From Bdellovibrio sp. ZAP7 (GTDB taxonomy: Bacteria; Bdellovibrionota_B; Oligoflexia; Oligoflexales; RGVZ01), in the NCBI GenBank assembly GCA_945900755.1, contig CAMDKS010000001.1:63491-127490 (forward strand): a stretch of 64,000 bases of DNA, read 5' to 3'. The position numbers and the translations under genes were made by a program. Of this stretch, positions 29,711-39,268 are shown one piece after another (position 1 is the stretch's first letter; each line of letters begins with the position of its first letter). The notes under the pieces are model-generated. The model saw nothing but the letters and a program-made list of their open reading frames with translations, made no database searches and was not told where the DNA came from.

Positions 29711-30282
29711 TTATCCAGTTTTCCATCGATATAGGCATAGAAATCGGGGTTCAAAGTGGCATAGTATTCGACGCCATTTTTTCGATAACAAAGGGCACAG
29801 TAAATATTATGACGCAACTCCTCTTTGAGATGCCACCTATTTTCGCAATTACTACAGATATAAACGTAACCGCCCTCGGCCGCTAGTCTTGTATGAACAT
29901 GAACCTCCGGGTCGATTTGGTACCCAGTCTGCTCAAATTCTAGCATTTTCTGGTAAAATCGTTTGGTATGACCAGGGTCAAAGCCGGACTGGTAAAGCCA
30001 TAGGTGGGTCATTTCATGAAATATCGTGTAGGGAAGAAGTTGCGGTGCATTGGCAAAATAGGACAATGAGAGCCTGATTTTATTTTCAAACAATATCGCA
30101 AGTCCGACTTTATTTTTCATTTTATTTGAAAATTCGATGGTCGTAGCTTGTCTATTATTATCGCTACCAGAATTTGAAAAGCGCGGCGAAAAAAGTTCAA
30201 AAAAATAATCCGCCAAAAGCTCTAAATCTTCTTTTTCAAATGTGATCGTTAAACTCTTCATAATATTTATTATATAATGCAC
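29701..30282 (-). CDS. SprT-like zinc metallopeptidase-domain protein
   Basis: 193-aa ORF with an HExxH motif (FHEMTHLW) and a C-terminal CxxC...CxxC zinc ribbon (CSNCENRW...CALCYRK). Confidence 0.65.
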   Translation of the reverse strand: MHYIINIMKSLTITFEKEDLELLADYFFELFSPRFSNSGSDNNRQATTIEFSNKMKNKVGLAILFENKIRLSLSYFANAPQLLPYTIFHEMTHLWLYQSGFDPGHTKRFYQKMLEFEQTGYQIDPEVHVHTRLAAEGGYVYICSNCENRWHLKEELRHNIYCALCYRKNGVEYYATLNPDFYAYIDGKLDKCS

Positions 30283-30287
30283 TTGGG

Positions 30288-32696
30288 TCAGGTCGCAAAA
30301 AATTTGCGGCCCATATGCTGGCCGTCAAATATTGGTGCTCCAAGGGTTCCATGTTTAACTAATTGAATATCGTTAGGAAAATCGCCATTATTTCTGGAAA
30401 CCAAAAGGTCAGAAAATAATTTTGCACCGACGGAAACAGCTTTTACGGGCAGTACTTTGGACGCAAGGATAATTATATCCTTTTCCGAAGTTAATTCAGG
30501 TACTACAAACACTGGAATGACCAGATCTAGGTTACCGAGGCCTGCCGTCAAATCCTCAGCCAGAGTCTCCAGCCGGCTTATTTTTACGGCAATCGTGACG
30601 GTGCAGGTTTTGATATTTTTTGGAGCCGTCGAATTATTTTTAGGCGTGACGATCGTAAATCCATTTTGCATCAAGCGAACGTCTTCCATGGAGCGAGCGA
30701 CAACTTCGCCGGTCGTGGGGGCATGGATGAACAAGTCGGGAGGAATGGCGGAGGCGAGACGCTGACCAATGATTGTGGGGTCGCCGCCAATCGCGATGAT
30801 GGCTCGTGATGATAGGCAGCCGCGTTGTGCTAGTGATAATTGATCGCGAACGATGCTTGTGAGGGACGTGTTGTCATCATCAATTCCCTCACGCACCAAG
30901 GTCAAACTAACGAGGTTGCCGAAGGTTGATACGCGGCCTGGAGCGAAAAAATTCATAAAGGCACACGTTTCATCATCGCCAAATACGAGAATATTTTCTC
31001 CGTCGAGAAGGTCTTCTCGTCCGAGGCGCCAGGACGAATCGAGTGTGACCATATCAAATCCAGACTTTTGAGCGAGATCGACGGCAAGCCCCAAGAACGT
31101 TTTTGCGGGTGGAAGGCCGTGAATGGCTGGCATTCTAATGCGAACGGAAAGTCCAAGTGCGAAGGCTTGAGCGAGTGGTTGAATGAATGCGATGGAATGG
31201 CTTGACGGAGGAATCATGAGCCAGTTTTGACTGATTTCAGTCTTGGGACGCGAAAGGGTGGCGGCGTCCCGGAATTGAGTAACGTCTAAAGGAAATCCTG
31301 ACGCTAAATCTGAAAGGGTTTCCTGAGCCAATTGTTCACTACCCAGCTCCAGGGTCAGTCGTACTAACGCTTCGTCATCAGCCAGTAAACGGGAGACCCA
31401 TTGATGGGCTGATTTAGAATGCTTCTCAAGTTCGGCGCGGTCTAGTGACGCTTTTTTTCCTGACGCCTTCGACGTGGTTTTATTTGGAGATGAAGTTTCC
31501 AAAGCGGCGGTATCCGCTACTCGCAGCGAGCAGCCTTTGAGGACGGACCTTGGCACACGCCCACACAATTGAAATTTTTGATCGTGGAGCCGAGCTAGAT
31601 CTTCGGTTTGGATAGCCACGGGGGCGATATCAATTCTCAGGGGATCAAAAATAGTCAAAGCCCCTTTACCATGGGCTAAATCTTGAGACGGAGTCGTCAT
31701 CACGGCCGCGGAGACCCACCAAGGAAATTGAAACGATCGCTGTGATAAATGCGTTGCGAAATTTTGTACGCCTCCCTGATGGTCTTGGCTGGATGGACTC
31801 GCGGTAGGCGAGTCACATAAATCCCAGGCTTGGCTAGCGAGTTCGCACATTCCATATTCACTAATTATTTTTGAGGGCTCAATTCCAAATCCAGTTGAGA
31901 TCATTTGGTATAATTCTTCGCGCGTGACGGAACGGCTGCGTCCTTTGGTACCCCCAGTTTCGATGACGAGACTTCCTCGCGGCAGAGAAAAGGTGGCGCC
32001 TGACTCTAGTAAATTAACAAAATGAAAGGCGGTTCCGAAAACATAAATGGGCGCTCCGGCCTTTGAGGCTTGTGCGATGGAGTGACGAACCTTGGCGGAG
32101 TCTTCTGGGTCCGCATAGTGTGTGCTCCAAATATCAGCAAGCCATGCCACCATTTGGGCAAGGCTGGAGTCGGGCCACTCGGCGACCTTAGGAATGAGAC
32201 TCACCGCCGAAATGCTTAATAAATTGTCACGCTGTGATGGCACGCAGCGCTCCAGTGCGCTAAAAAAAGTGGCAATACTTGCGGCTCTGTACCAAGAAAG
32301 ACCGTCGGGCGAATATCCTGATTGAGACTTTCCTTCGACACCAGATGTGGTGCCGCTAGAAACAAATATACACAGCTTATCCACAGCGGGGTGCAGTCGG
32401 GAGGGTGGTCCGCGAAAGGCGCGAATTGGCATATAGAACAGTGTCTTAAGGTGTTGACCGGTCAGCGGCCAGCTAAATTTTTTGGCATTATTATTTTCAG
32501 TGGAAAGCTTCAAATTGAGGCTCTCTAGTGTCGGCTTATTGGAGCGTTCGAACACATTTTTTGGCGGAGTTCCATGCTCTGACCGTAACAGATATTCCAC
32601 CTGAGCCGCCAGCCGCGAGTCAAGACGTAGTAAGGCTGCGGCCAAGGGCTTCATGGCTGCTGAAAAAGTTAAAATTTTTGAATTCGTATCTTGCAT
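30288..32696 (-). CDS. fusion protein: LuxE-like acyl-protein synthetase (ANL fold) + LuxC-like acyl-CoA reductase
   Basis: 802-aa ORF. The N-half has adenylate-forming motifs FVSSGTTSG, ETGGTKG and EYGMCE. The C-half has an ALDH/LuxC-like catalytic Cys context (LAQRGCLSSRAI). Assignment is from recall. Confidence 0.5.
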   Translation of the reverse strand: MQDTNSKILTFSAAMKPLAAALLRLDSRLAAQVEYLLRSEHGTPPKNVFERSNKPTLESLNLKLSTENNNAKKFSWPLTGQHLKTLFYMPIRAFRGPPSRLHPAVDKLCIFVSSGTTSGVEGKSQSGYSPDGLSWYRAASIATFFSALERCVPSQRDNLLSISAVSLIPKVAEWPDSSLAQMVAWLADIWSTHYADPEDSAKVRHSIAQASKAGAPIYVFGTAFHFVNLLESGATFSLPRGSLVIETGGTKGRSRSVTREELYQMISTGFGIEPSKIISEYGMCELASQAWDLCDSPTASPSSQDHQGGVQNFATHLSQRSFQFPWWVSAAVMTTPSQDLAHGKGALTIFDPLRIDIAPVAIQTEDLARLHDQKFQLCGRVPRSVLKGCSLRVADTAALETSSPNKTTSKASGKKASLDRAELEKHSKSAHQWVSRLLADDEALVRLTLELGSEQLAQETLSDLASGFPLDVTQFRDAATLSRPKTEISQNWLMIPPSSHSIAFIQPLAQAFALGLSVRIRMPAIHGLPPAKTFLGLAVDLAQKSGFDMVTLDSSWRLGREDLLDGENILVFGDDETCAFMNFFAPGRVSTFGNLVSLTLVREGIDDDNTSLTSIVRDQLSLAQRGCLSSRAIIAIGGDPTIIGQRLASAIPPDLFIHAPTTGEVVARSMEDVRLMQNGFTIVTPKNNSTAPKNIKTCTVTIAVKISRLETLAEDLTAGLGNLDLVIPVFVVPELTSEKDIIILASKVLPVKAVSVGAKLFSDLLVSRNNGDFPNDIQLVKHGTLGAPIFDGQHMGRKFFAT

Positions 32697-32844
32697 GGCT
32701 CAAGCCTTTGAGGGGATTTTGGATAGACACCCAAGATCTTGCAGGTTATAACTATAAAAGAGATATATTGTCCAAATAAATTAGGCCTTAGGCCCCCCGA
32801 ATATGTAAAATCGGGTGAGAAACAGGGAAGGTCCCAAAGACGCC

Positions 32845-33828
32845 ATGTCGGCAGAGTATTTCGTCAAATTGGATCGATTTGAAGGGCCGCTGGATCTGCT
32901 ATTGCATTTGATCCGTGTGCACGAAATTGATATTTTTGCGATCGACATCCTGAAATTAACGACAGAATACCTTAGTTTTCTTAGGCTTGTGAAGTTTGAC
33001 GATATTTCTGAGGCCGGTGAATTTATCTCCATGGGCGCAACCCTCATTGAGATTAAGAGTCGCGGTCTGCTCCCCACCGAGGAGCGTAAAGTCACCAACG
33101 AAGATGGCGTGGACGAAGATCCACTGAAAACTCTCCAAGATAGGTTGCTTCAGTATGAAATGATTCGTCGTGCGGCGGATTGGTTTTTGCATTGCCCACA
33201 AATGGGAGTGGAAATTCAAACGGGCCATGAGCATGTGCGGCTTGCGGAAGAGTTTAAGGATGTGGAGACTCCATTAGAGGGCGACCCAGCTCGCCTCATT
33301 ATTCTTTTTGATCAGACCATGCGAGATCTTGCAGACCGCAAGGCCTCAAAAATCGAAGCGAAAATGCACGGCATCACCCTTGAGCAGACGATCGAACGAT
33401 TTGCTGTGTATATTGAAACCGTAAAATTTGGCATGTTTCAGGGCCTCTATAATAAATTTAGAAGTCGCTATGACATGCTTGTGCATTTGATGGCAGTCCT
33501 TGAATTGTCCAAACAAGATAAACTAAAGATCTATCAGCAAGATATGATGGGGCCCCTGTGGTTCTACCGTTTCGATTTGGACGAGAGTGTTTTACCGTTG
33601 GCTACAGCCGTTGCAGGTCATGACTTAGCAGCTGGCGAGACAGTGGTCGAGGCCGTCCTAGGTGATGCCATTCTCCCTCAAAAGAAAAAAAGGTTGGCAC
33701 AATTAAATTATGTGACGGCTGATGTTCCTAATCAACGTTTCAGGCGTGATGCCGAGGCAACAGATTTATCAGATGTGGTCATAGACCCGTCTTCAACGAG
33801 TGACCAGCCGGAGGTTAGCGATGATTAA
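32845..33828 (+). CDS. scpA: segregation and condensation protein A
   Basis: FVKLDRFEGPLDLLLHLI matches the ScpA N-terminus. The ORF is listed from GTG 32815; ATG 32845 aligns better with known ScpA starts. Confidence 0.85.
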   Translation: MSAEYFVKLDRFEGPLDLLLHLIRVHEIDIFAIDILKLTTEYLSFLRLVKFDDISEAGEFISMGATLIEIKSRGLLPTEERKVTNEDGVDEDPLKTLQDRLLQYEMIRRAADWFLHCPQMGVEIQTGHEHVRLAEEFKDVETPLEGDPARLIILFDQTMRDLADRKASKIEAKMHGITLEQTIERFAVYIETVKFGMFQGLYNKFRSRYDMLVHLMAVLELSKQDKLKIYQQDMMGPLWFYRFDLDESVLPLATAVAGHDLAAGETVVEAVLGDAILPQKKKRLAQLNYVTADVPNQRFRRDAEATDLSDVVIDPSSTSDQPEVSDD

Positions 33829-35071
33829 TCAAGATCAAGATGACGAGTCAATGGAACAACCTGACGAGTCAATGGAACAACCTGACATGACATTTACAGT
33901 AGACGTTGAAGCGGAAGATCCATTTATACTTTCCGAGCAACTAACCCTTTCAGGGAAAATTGAGGCCATCATATTTGCATCTCCAAAACCGATGCGTGCG
34001 GTTGAAATTCACGAGCTGCTGATGGAATTTGGGCACACGTTAAAAGAGGTCCAAGACTCCTGCGATGAATTGACAGAGTTTTACCGAGACCGCGCCGGCG
34101 GCCTGCATCTCAAATATATTAAACGTATGGGCTACCAGTTTCAGACCACACCTGCTGCCAAGAGTTTGATGGAGCGTCAATTCTCTAGTCGCCCGCGCCC
34201 ACTTTCACGAGCAGCCTTAGAGACATTGGCGGTGATAGCTTACCGTCAAAAACAGTCGAAAGGTGTCACGCGTGCCGAGGTGGAATTTATTCGCGGCGTA
34301 GACGCTGGTTCTATATTTAAAACGTTGGTGGAACGAAACTTATTAGCGTGTACGGGGCGTAAAGAAATCCCAGGGCGACCAATGATCTTTGGGGTCACCG
34401 ACGACTTCTTGAGAGTCTTTCAGCTGGGTTCGATCAATGATCTTCCGCCACTCGAAAGCTTTCAAACTCCAAAAGATGTGTTGGATGCAGCCAATCTAAA
34501 AATTGCGGAGTTTGAGGCCGAGCAAGACGGGGTCGATACGGACGAATTCATTAATGACGATACCTACGCATCCGAGGTTCAAAGTCTTGAAGATTTCAAC
34601 GCTTTAACCGCCGTTCAACCGGCCTACGCTCCGACTCTCGCCCGCCTCGACGAGGTTATTGAGGGGGTTGCGGCCTCGGCTACGGATACGGCCATAGATG
34701 GCGTGCTCGAAACAGAGTCATCCGATGATGTCATAGATGATTTAATGGACGATTTAGGTGAAGGACAGGTTGCTTGGGTTGCCCCAGAAGTGCATAATGA
34801 AGGCCGTCCACTTCAAGGTGCGGTTGCTGGGGAAATTAAGTTTTCCATGGATTCCATCAATGAAGAGGAATGGGACAATGAAGTTCAAGTCGTGATGACT
34901 GCAACACAGTCCACTGCCGCGCCGTTAGTCGACGTAGTCAGTGACATAGTTGTCGACGCGTCAAGTGACGCAGTAAGTGAGGCTCAAACAGATGGGCGAG
35001 ATGAGACTACAGAAATGGCTTTCCCAATTGGGAGTAGCGAGTCGCCGCGAGGCGGAGATTTGGATAACTGA
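33821..35071 (+). CDS. scpB: segregation and condensation protein B with long acidic C-terminal extension
   Basis: IEAIIFASPKP and LSRAALETLAVIAYRQ...TRAEVEFIRGVD are ScpB-like. ATG 33821 has GGAGG 7 nt upstream and overlaps the scpA stop. The last ~200 aa are D/E-rich. Confidence 0.8.
   Translation: MINQDQDDESMEQPDESMEQPDMTFTVDVEAEDPFILSEQLTLSGKIEAIIFASPKPMRAVEIHELLMEFGHTLKEVQDSCDELTEFYRDRAGGLHLKYIKRMGYQFQTTPAAKSLMERQFSSRPRPLSRAALETLAVIAYRQKQSKGVTRAEVEFIRGVDAGSIFKTLVERNLLACTGRKEIPGRPMIFGVTDDFLRVFQLGSINDLPPLESFQTPKDVLDAANLKIAEFEAEQDGVDTDEFINDDTYASEVQSLEDFNALTAVQPAYAPTLARLDEVIEGVAASATDTAIDGVLETESSDDVIDDLMDDLGEGQVAWVAPEVHNEGRPLQGAVAGEIKFSMDSINEEEWDNEVQVVMTATQSTAAPLVDVVSDIVVDASSDAVSEAQTDGRDETTEMAFPIGSSESPRGGDLDN
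33842..33883 (+). repeat. perfect 2 x 21-nt tandem duplication inside scpB (DESMEQP x2)
   Basis: GACGAGTCAATGGAACAACCT occurs twice back to back. Confidence 0.9.
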
Positions 35072-36317
35072 GGGACGTCTTGCCGTTAACGGCAAGGTTG
35101 TTACGGCCCAAGGCACCAAGGTTGACACAGAAACCGATAGCATTTCGCTTAATGGTAAATTGGTTAAATCCAAGATGCCGCCGAAAGTCTATTGGCTCCT
35201 AAACAAACCAGATAAAATTCTGACGGCTCGTAGCGATGAGCTAACCAATAAGCCCACCATTTACGATTTGCCGATGGTTGCGAAAGCAAAATTTCTGGTG
35301 TCGCCAGTTGGTCGCCTCGATTTTCGTACGGAAGGATTGTTGTTGTTAACCAATGATGGTGACCTCAACTATAAACTGTGTCGACCCGAGTATCATGTAC
35401 CAAGAGAATACCAAGTGTTGTTAGATGGTCGATTAACGAAAGAGCAAGAAGCTGAAATTAAGAAAGGCGTTGTCCTTGAAGACGGCCCGACAAGAGACGT
35501 AAAAATCGTGTACGTGCACGGTACGAACATGGGCCTTTCTACGGGCTCATGGTATATGATCACAGTCCACGAGGGGCGAAATCGATTGGTGCGACGAATC
35601 TTCGAACACTTCGAAAAACGAGTGGTCAAACTGATTCGCGTTGGATTTGGCGACATTCGGCTTCCAGCGGATCTTCCTGCCGGGCAATACCGCCAATTGA
35701 CTAATGCGCAAGTTGACACGTTGCGTGTGGCGACAGAGCATGCGATCTCCTTGAATACCGCCAAACGTGTCTCGGCGTCCAAAAATCGTTCGTCCAGAAA
35801 AGCATTGTCATTCAAACCAAGGGTCAAAAAACCGTTGGATGAAGAGGACATTGGGTCGGCCTCCGCCGCGAAAGGTTCTACAAAAAAGATCGCAGAAAAA
35901 ACAAGTCCGGCATCAAAAACCAAAGAGACAAGGGTCAAAGATTCCCGTGCTCAGGCCAAAAAGCCGACAGCAAAAAGCGGATCTACGTCCACTCGGTCCA
36001 CTCGAAAAAAATCCACGTCGTTTAAAGATGCGATCGCAAACGACAAACGAAACCGGCACGCTCCCTCAAAAAAGGTTCCGCCTCAGGATGCGACCGACCG
36101 GGCCGCTCCGGAATCGTCCCCTAAGCGACCACCTCCTCGCACTACCTCTAGGGATGCGTCCAAGGGTGCGGGCGACCCAAAAAATGTGGCGAGGACCTCT
36201 AAAGGGGCAAAGCCTGTTGATCCGAAATCGACGACTAAAAAACCGTCGAATAAACCATCGAATAAACCCACTAGGCCCTCACAGCCGGAGAAAAAAAACT
36301 CCACCAAACGAGGATAA
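35001..36317 (+). CDS. rluB: 23S rRNA pseudouridine synthase (RluB/RsuA family) with long basic C-terminal tail
   Basis: It has an S4 domain (LQKWLSQLGVASRREAE) and the catalytic motif VGRLDFRTEGLLLLTNDG. The ORF is listed from 34977; ATG 35001 is preferred. The last ~190 aa are K/R/S/P-rich. Confidence 0.8.
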   Translation: MRLQKWLSQLGVASRREAEIWITEGRLAVNGKVVTAQGTKVDTETDSISLNGKLVKSKMPPKVYWLLNKPDKILTARSDELTNKPTIYDLPMVAKAKFLVSPVGRLDFRTEGLLLLTNDGDLNYKLCRPEYHVPREYQVLLDGRLTKEQEAEIKKGVVLEDGPTRDVKIVYVHGTNMGLSTGSWYMITVHEGRNRLVRRIFEHFEKRVVKLIRVGFGDIRLPADLPAGQYRQLTNAQVDTLRVATEHAISLNTAKRVSASKNRSSRKALSFKPRVKKPLDEEDIGSASAAKGSTKKIAEKTSPASKTKETRVKDSRAQAKKPTAKSGSTSTRSTRKKSTSFKDAIANDKRNRHAPSKKVPPQDATDRAAPESSPKRPPPRTTSRDASKGAGDPKNVARTSKGAKPVDPKSTTKKPSNKPSNKPTRPSQPEKKNSTKRG

Positions 36318-36323
36318 CGCTCT

Positions 36324-37319
36324 ATGAAATTAGCAACCCTACGAGACACCACGCGAGACGGTAAATTAGTGGTGATTTCTCGCGACAATACTAGATATGT
36401 CGAAGCATCAAACATTGCCCAAACGATGCAGGAGGCTTTAGACAGGTGGGACGAGGTCAAACCACGTCTTGACGGTCTATATAAAGATCTATCATCTGGT
36501 GCCACAAAAGGCCAATCCGTGGCTTTAGAAAAATTGGCAGCACCGCTGCCGAGAGCTTATGAGTGGATTGACGGATCAGCGTACATCAATCACGTGATCC
36601 TCGTCCGCAAAGCTAGGAATGCAGAGCCACCAAAGACCCTAAAAACCGACCCGCTTATTTATCAGGGCGGGTCTGGAATTTTTCTTGGAGCCAATGATCC
36701 CATTTATTTAGCCAACGAAGAATGGGGCTGTGACTTCGAGGCGGAAGTCGCCGTTATCTTGGGCGACACACCCCAAGGCACTCAAAAATCAGAGGCATCC
36801 AAGTACATTCGATTGCTGATGATCGTTAACGACGTCAGCCTTAGAAATCTCATTCCTGCTGAGCTTGAAAAAAACTTTGGATTTTTTCAAAGTAAGCCCG
36901 CCTCGGCCTTTGGGCCGATCGCTGTGACGCCTGACGAGCTAGGAGATGCCTGGAAAGACGGACGTGTCCATTTGCCGCTTGTATCGCATTATAACGGTAA
37001 GAAATTTGGCGACCCGAATGCCGGTCCTGAGATGTTTTTTGGGTTTAACGAATTGATTGAGCACATCACAAAAACCAGATCGTTTACGGCTGGGACGATT
37101 CTCGGGTCGGGTACGGTATCGAATGAAGATCGGGCCCGCGGCAGCAGTTGTTTGGCAGAAAAAAGAATGATTGAAGTCATTGATTCAGGTAAAGCCGTCA
37201 CTCCCTTTATGAAGGTGGGTGATACCATTGAGATTGAAATGTTTGCTCAAGATGGAAAGTCAATTTTTGGCAAGATCAATCAAAAGGTGGTTTCGACTCA
37301 AGGCTGTGTGAGGAACTAA
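36324..37319 (+). CDS. fumarylacetoacetate hydrolase (FAH) family protein
   Basis: 331-aa ORF. MKLATLRDTTRDGKLVVISRD and the length match the ~330-aa bacterial FAH-family group. Confidence 0.65.
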   Translation: MKLATLRDTTRDGKLVVISRDNTRYVEASNIAQTMQEALDRWDEVKPRLDGLYKDLSSGATKGQSVALEKLAAPLPRAYEWIDGSAYINHVILVRKARNAEPPKTLKTDPLIYQGGSGIFLGANDPIYLANEEWGCDFEAEVAVILGDTPQGTQKSEASKYIRLLMIVNDVSLRNLIPAELEKNFGFFQSKPASAFGPIAVTPDELGDAWKDGRVHLPLVSHYNGKKFGDPNAGPEMFFGFNELIEHITKTRSFTAGTILGSGTVSNEDRARGSSCLAEKRMIEVIDSGKAVTPFMKVGDTIEIEMFAQDGKSIFGKINQKVVSTQGCVRN

Positions 37320-37321
37320 AC

Positions 37322-38173
37322 GTGGGAAAATACGCTGTCATTTTGCAAGTAACGTCGCAATATTTAAAGAGACCTGTGATTTTTTTGCTACTCGCGGCAC
37401 CATCCATTTTATCGACGGCAGCTTTTGCAAGACTGGAGCAGGGCAATAGGTCGAGTATGGTCTTGCATTATAAAGAAGATACGACCGCGGGGGCGGTCCA
37501 GCCAGATAATGCTGCAAAACCAGCAGAAACGGACGTGTATACACGTCGAGAAAGTCCGGGCGACGAGGCCGAACCTGCGCTCCCAAGGCGGGTGGACGGT
37601 TCAGAAAATCCGGACTCAAGCCCTAAATCTGGAAAACCAAAATATCGAAAAGCCTACGATCAAGCTGCAAAAAAAGAGGCAGCTTCCGAGGGCGGTGATG
37701 AGTCCATTGGAGTGTCTGTCGGGATCGGTTTTGGATTTAATTATTTTGCAGGTAGCCTAGGTTTGACGTTTCCCATCAACCATTATGTGGCCTGGGGTAT
37801 TTCAGGAAATTATTATTCAAGAGACGAGAAAAAAATCGCTGAATTACGAACTGGGGGAGATCTCAGTTTAATTTTACGAGTGCCGAATTTTACGCCTTTG
37901 ACGCCCTTTGTTTCTGCGGGGCCAGGGTATATAGATTGGAAGCGCTCTAAAGATGATGGAGCAGGACTTGTCGTTTTTGACAAAGCCGCCAGCCCTACTG
38001 CCGAGTGGGCTGTAGGGGCGTCCATCAGGCTCGCTAGGTACGTATCCTTGGTGGCCGCACTTAGGTCTACGACCTACACGGCCTCGCCTCCAAGGGTGTT
38101 TGAAGACGAGCATACGCGCCGAGAGGTTCGCACGAGAGAGCGGTTTGAATTTGGTTTTGCGTTTGGTTTTTAG
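37322..38173 (+). CDS. putative small outer-membrane beta-barrel protein with disordered linker
   Basis: 283-aa ORF with GTG start and a signal-like N-terminus ending AFA. The middle is P/E/K-rich. The C-terminal ~150 aa show an alternating pattern ending FAFGF. Confidence 0.45.
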   Translation: MGKYAVILQVTSQYLKRPVIFLLLAAPSILSTAAFARLEQGNRSSMVLHYKEDTTAGAVQPDNAAKPAETDVYTRRESPGDEAEPALPRRVDGSENPDSSPKSGKPKYRKAYDQAAKKEAASEGGDESIGVSVGIGFGFNYFAGSLGLTFPINHYVAWGISGNYYSRDEKKIAELRTGGDLSLILRVPNFTPLTPFVSAGPGYIDWKRSKDDGAGLVVFDKAASPTAEWAVGASIRLARYVSLVAALRSTTYTASPPRVFEDEHTRREVRTRERFEFGFAFGF

Positions 38174-38249
38174 TTTGGTTTTTAGTTTTCTAGAATCGGC
38201 GATATTTTTTCGTCCGTAGTATACGTCCTAATCATTGAGGGAAACTATT

Positions 38250-39176
38250 TTGACAGATTTGAAAACGATTGCGATGTTTCCAGGCCAAGGTAGTCAATAT
38301 GTTGGTATGGCCAAAATTCTGCTAGACAACTTCCCATATACCAATGAAGTCTTCGAGGAAGCAGCCGACGCGGCTAAAATCCCAGTGAAGAAATTGTGCC
38401 TTGAAGGGCCAGATGATCTGCTAAAACTTACCGCCAATACCCAGCCTTGCATCGTCGCCACGAGTATCGCTACCTGGCGAGTTATGATTGAAGAAAAAGG
38501 CTTTAAGGCCGATATTTTTGCGGGTCACAGTTTAGGAGAATACTCGGCGTTGGTGGCCTCAGGGCGACTTTCGTTTGAGCGTGCGATCACTCTGGTTCGG
38601 GCTCGTGGTGTGGCCATGCAAAAAGCAGTGCCCGTGGGGGCAGGAGCGATGACGGCCGTGCTGTCGATGGAGGCCTCTCGCCTTGAAGAATTCTGCAAGA
38701 AAGCATCAAAACCAGGCGAGCCTGTCGAAGTCGTGAACTACAATAGTCCAACCCAGCTTGTAGTGGCAGGGTCTTGTGTGGCCGTGCTGCGTCTTGAAGT
38801 GGCTTTGACTGCAGAGGCGGTTAAATTCGTTTCACTACCAGTCTCCGCGCCATTCCATTCGTCTATGATGAAGCCAGCTCGCGAGGAGATGACTCCCATG
38901 CTTCTCGCGACCGAGTTTATAAATAATAAAACTCGAATCATCCCTAATTTTTCTGCCAAAATAACCGATCAATACGCCGCAGATTTTTTGATTAAGCAAA
39001 TTGACAGCCCAGTAAAATGGTGTCAAACCATCGAAAAAGTACAATTTTCGGGTATCAATCATTATGTGGAAGTGGGCCCAAGCAAAGTGTTGTGGGGACT
39101 TGCGCGAAAAATATTGCCTAAAGGTCAATTCAAATTGGCCAACACGGATAATGTCAAAGAGTGGTTAGCCCAATAA
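38250..39176 (+). CDS. fabD: malonyl-CoA:ACP transacylase
   Basis: Motifs FPGQGSQYVGM and AGHSLGEYSALVASG. The ORF is listed from TTG 38235. TTG 38250 sits 6 nt after GAGGGA and gives a FabD-like N-terminus. Confidence 0.9.
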   Translation: MTDLKTIAMFPGQGSQYVGMAKILLDNFPYTNEVFEEAADAAKIPVKKLCLEGPDDLLKLTANTQPCIVATSIATWRVMIEEKGFKADIFAGHSLGEYSALVASGRLSFERAITLVRARGVAMQKAVPVGAGAMTAVLSMEASRLEEFCKKASKPGEPVEVVNYNSPTQLVVAGSCVAVLRLEVALTAEAVKFVSLPVSAPFHSSMMKPAREEMTPMLLATEFINNKTRIIPNFSAKITDQYAADFLIKQIDSPVKWCQTIEKVQFSGINHYVEVGPSKVLWGLARKILPKGQFKLANTDNVKEWLAQ

Positions 39177-39268
39177 AAGACGGGATCAACCTAGATTTGG
39201 CTGAACGATAGTGCCTTGAAGTCTTCATAAAACAATGATATAAAATCCACAGTACAACTGGAGATTTT

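Noticed and set aside
35393-36327. 181-aa antisense ORF (35393-35938) and 186-aa alternative-frame ORF (35767-36327) within rluB
   Set aside because: These are products of the purine-rich, low-complexity tail region, which stays open in several frames. The rluB frame is continuous with the catalytic domain.
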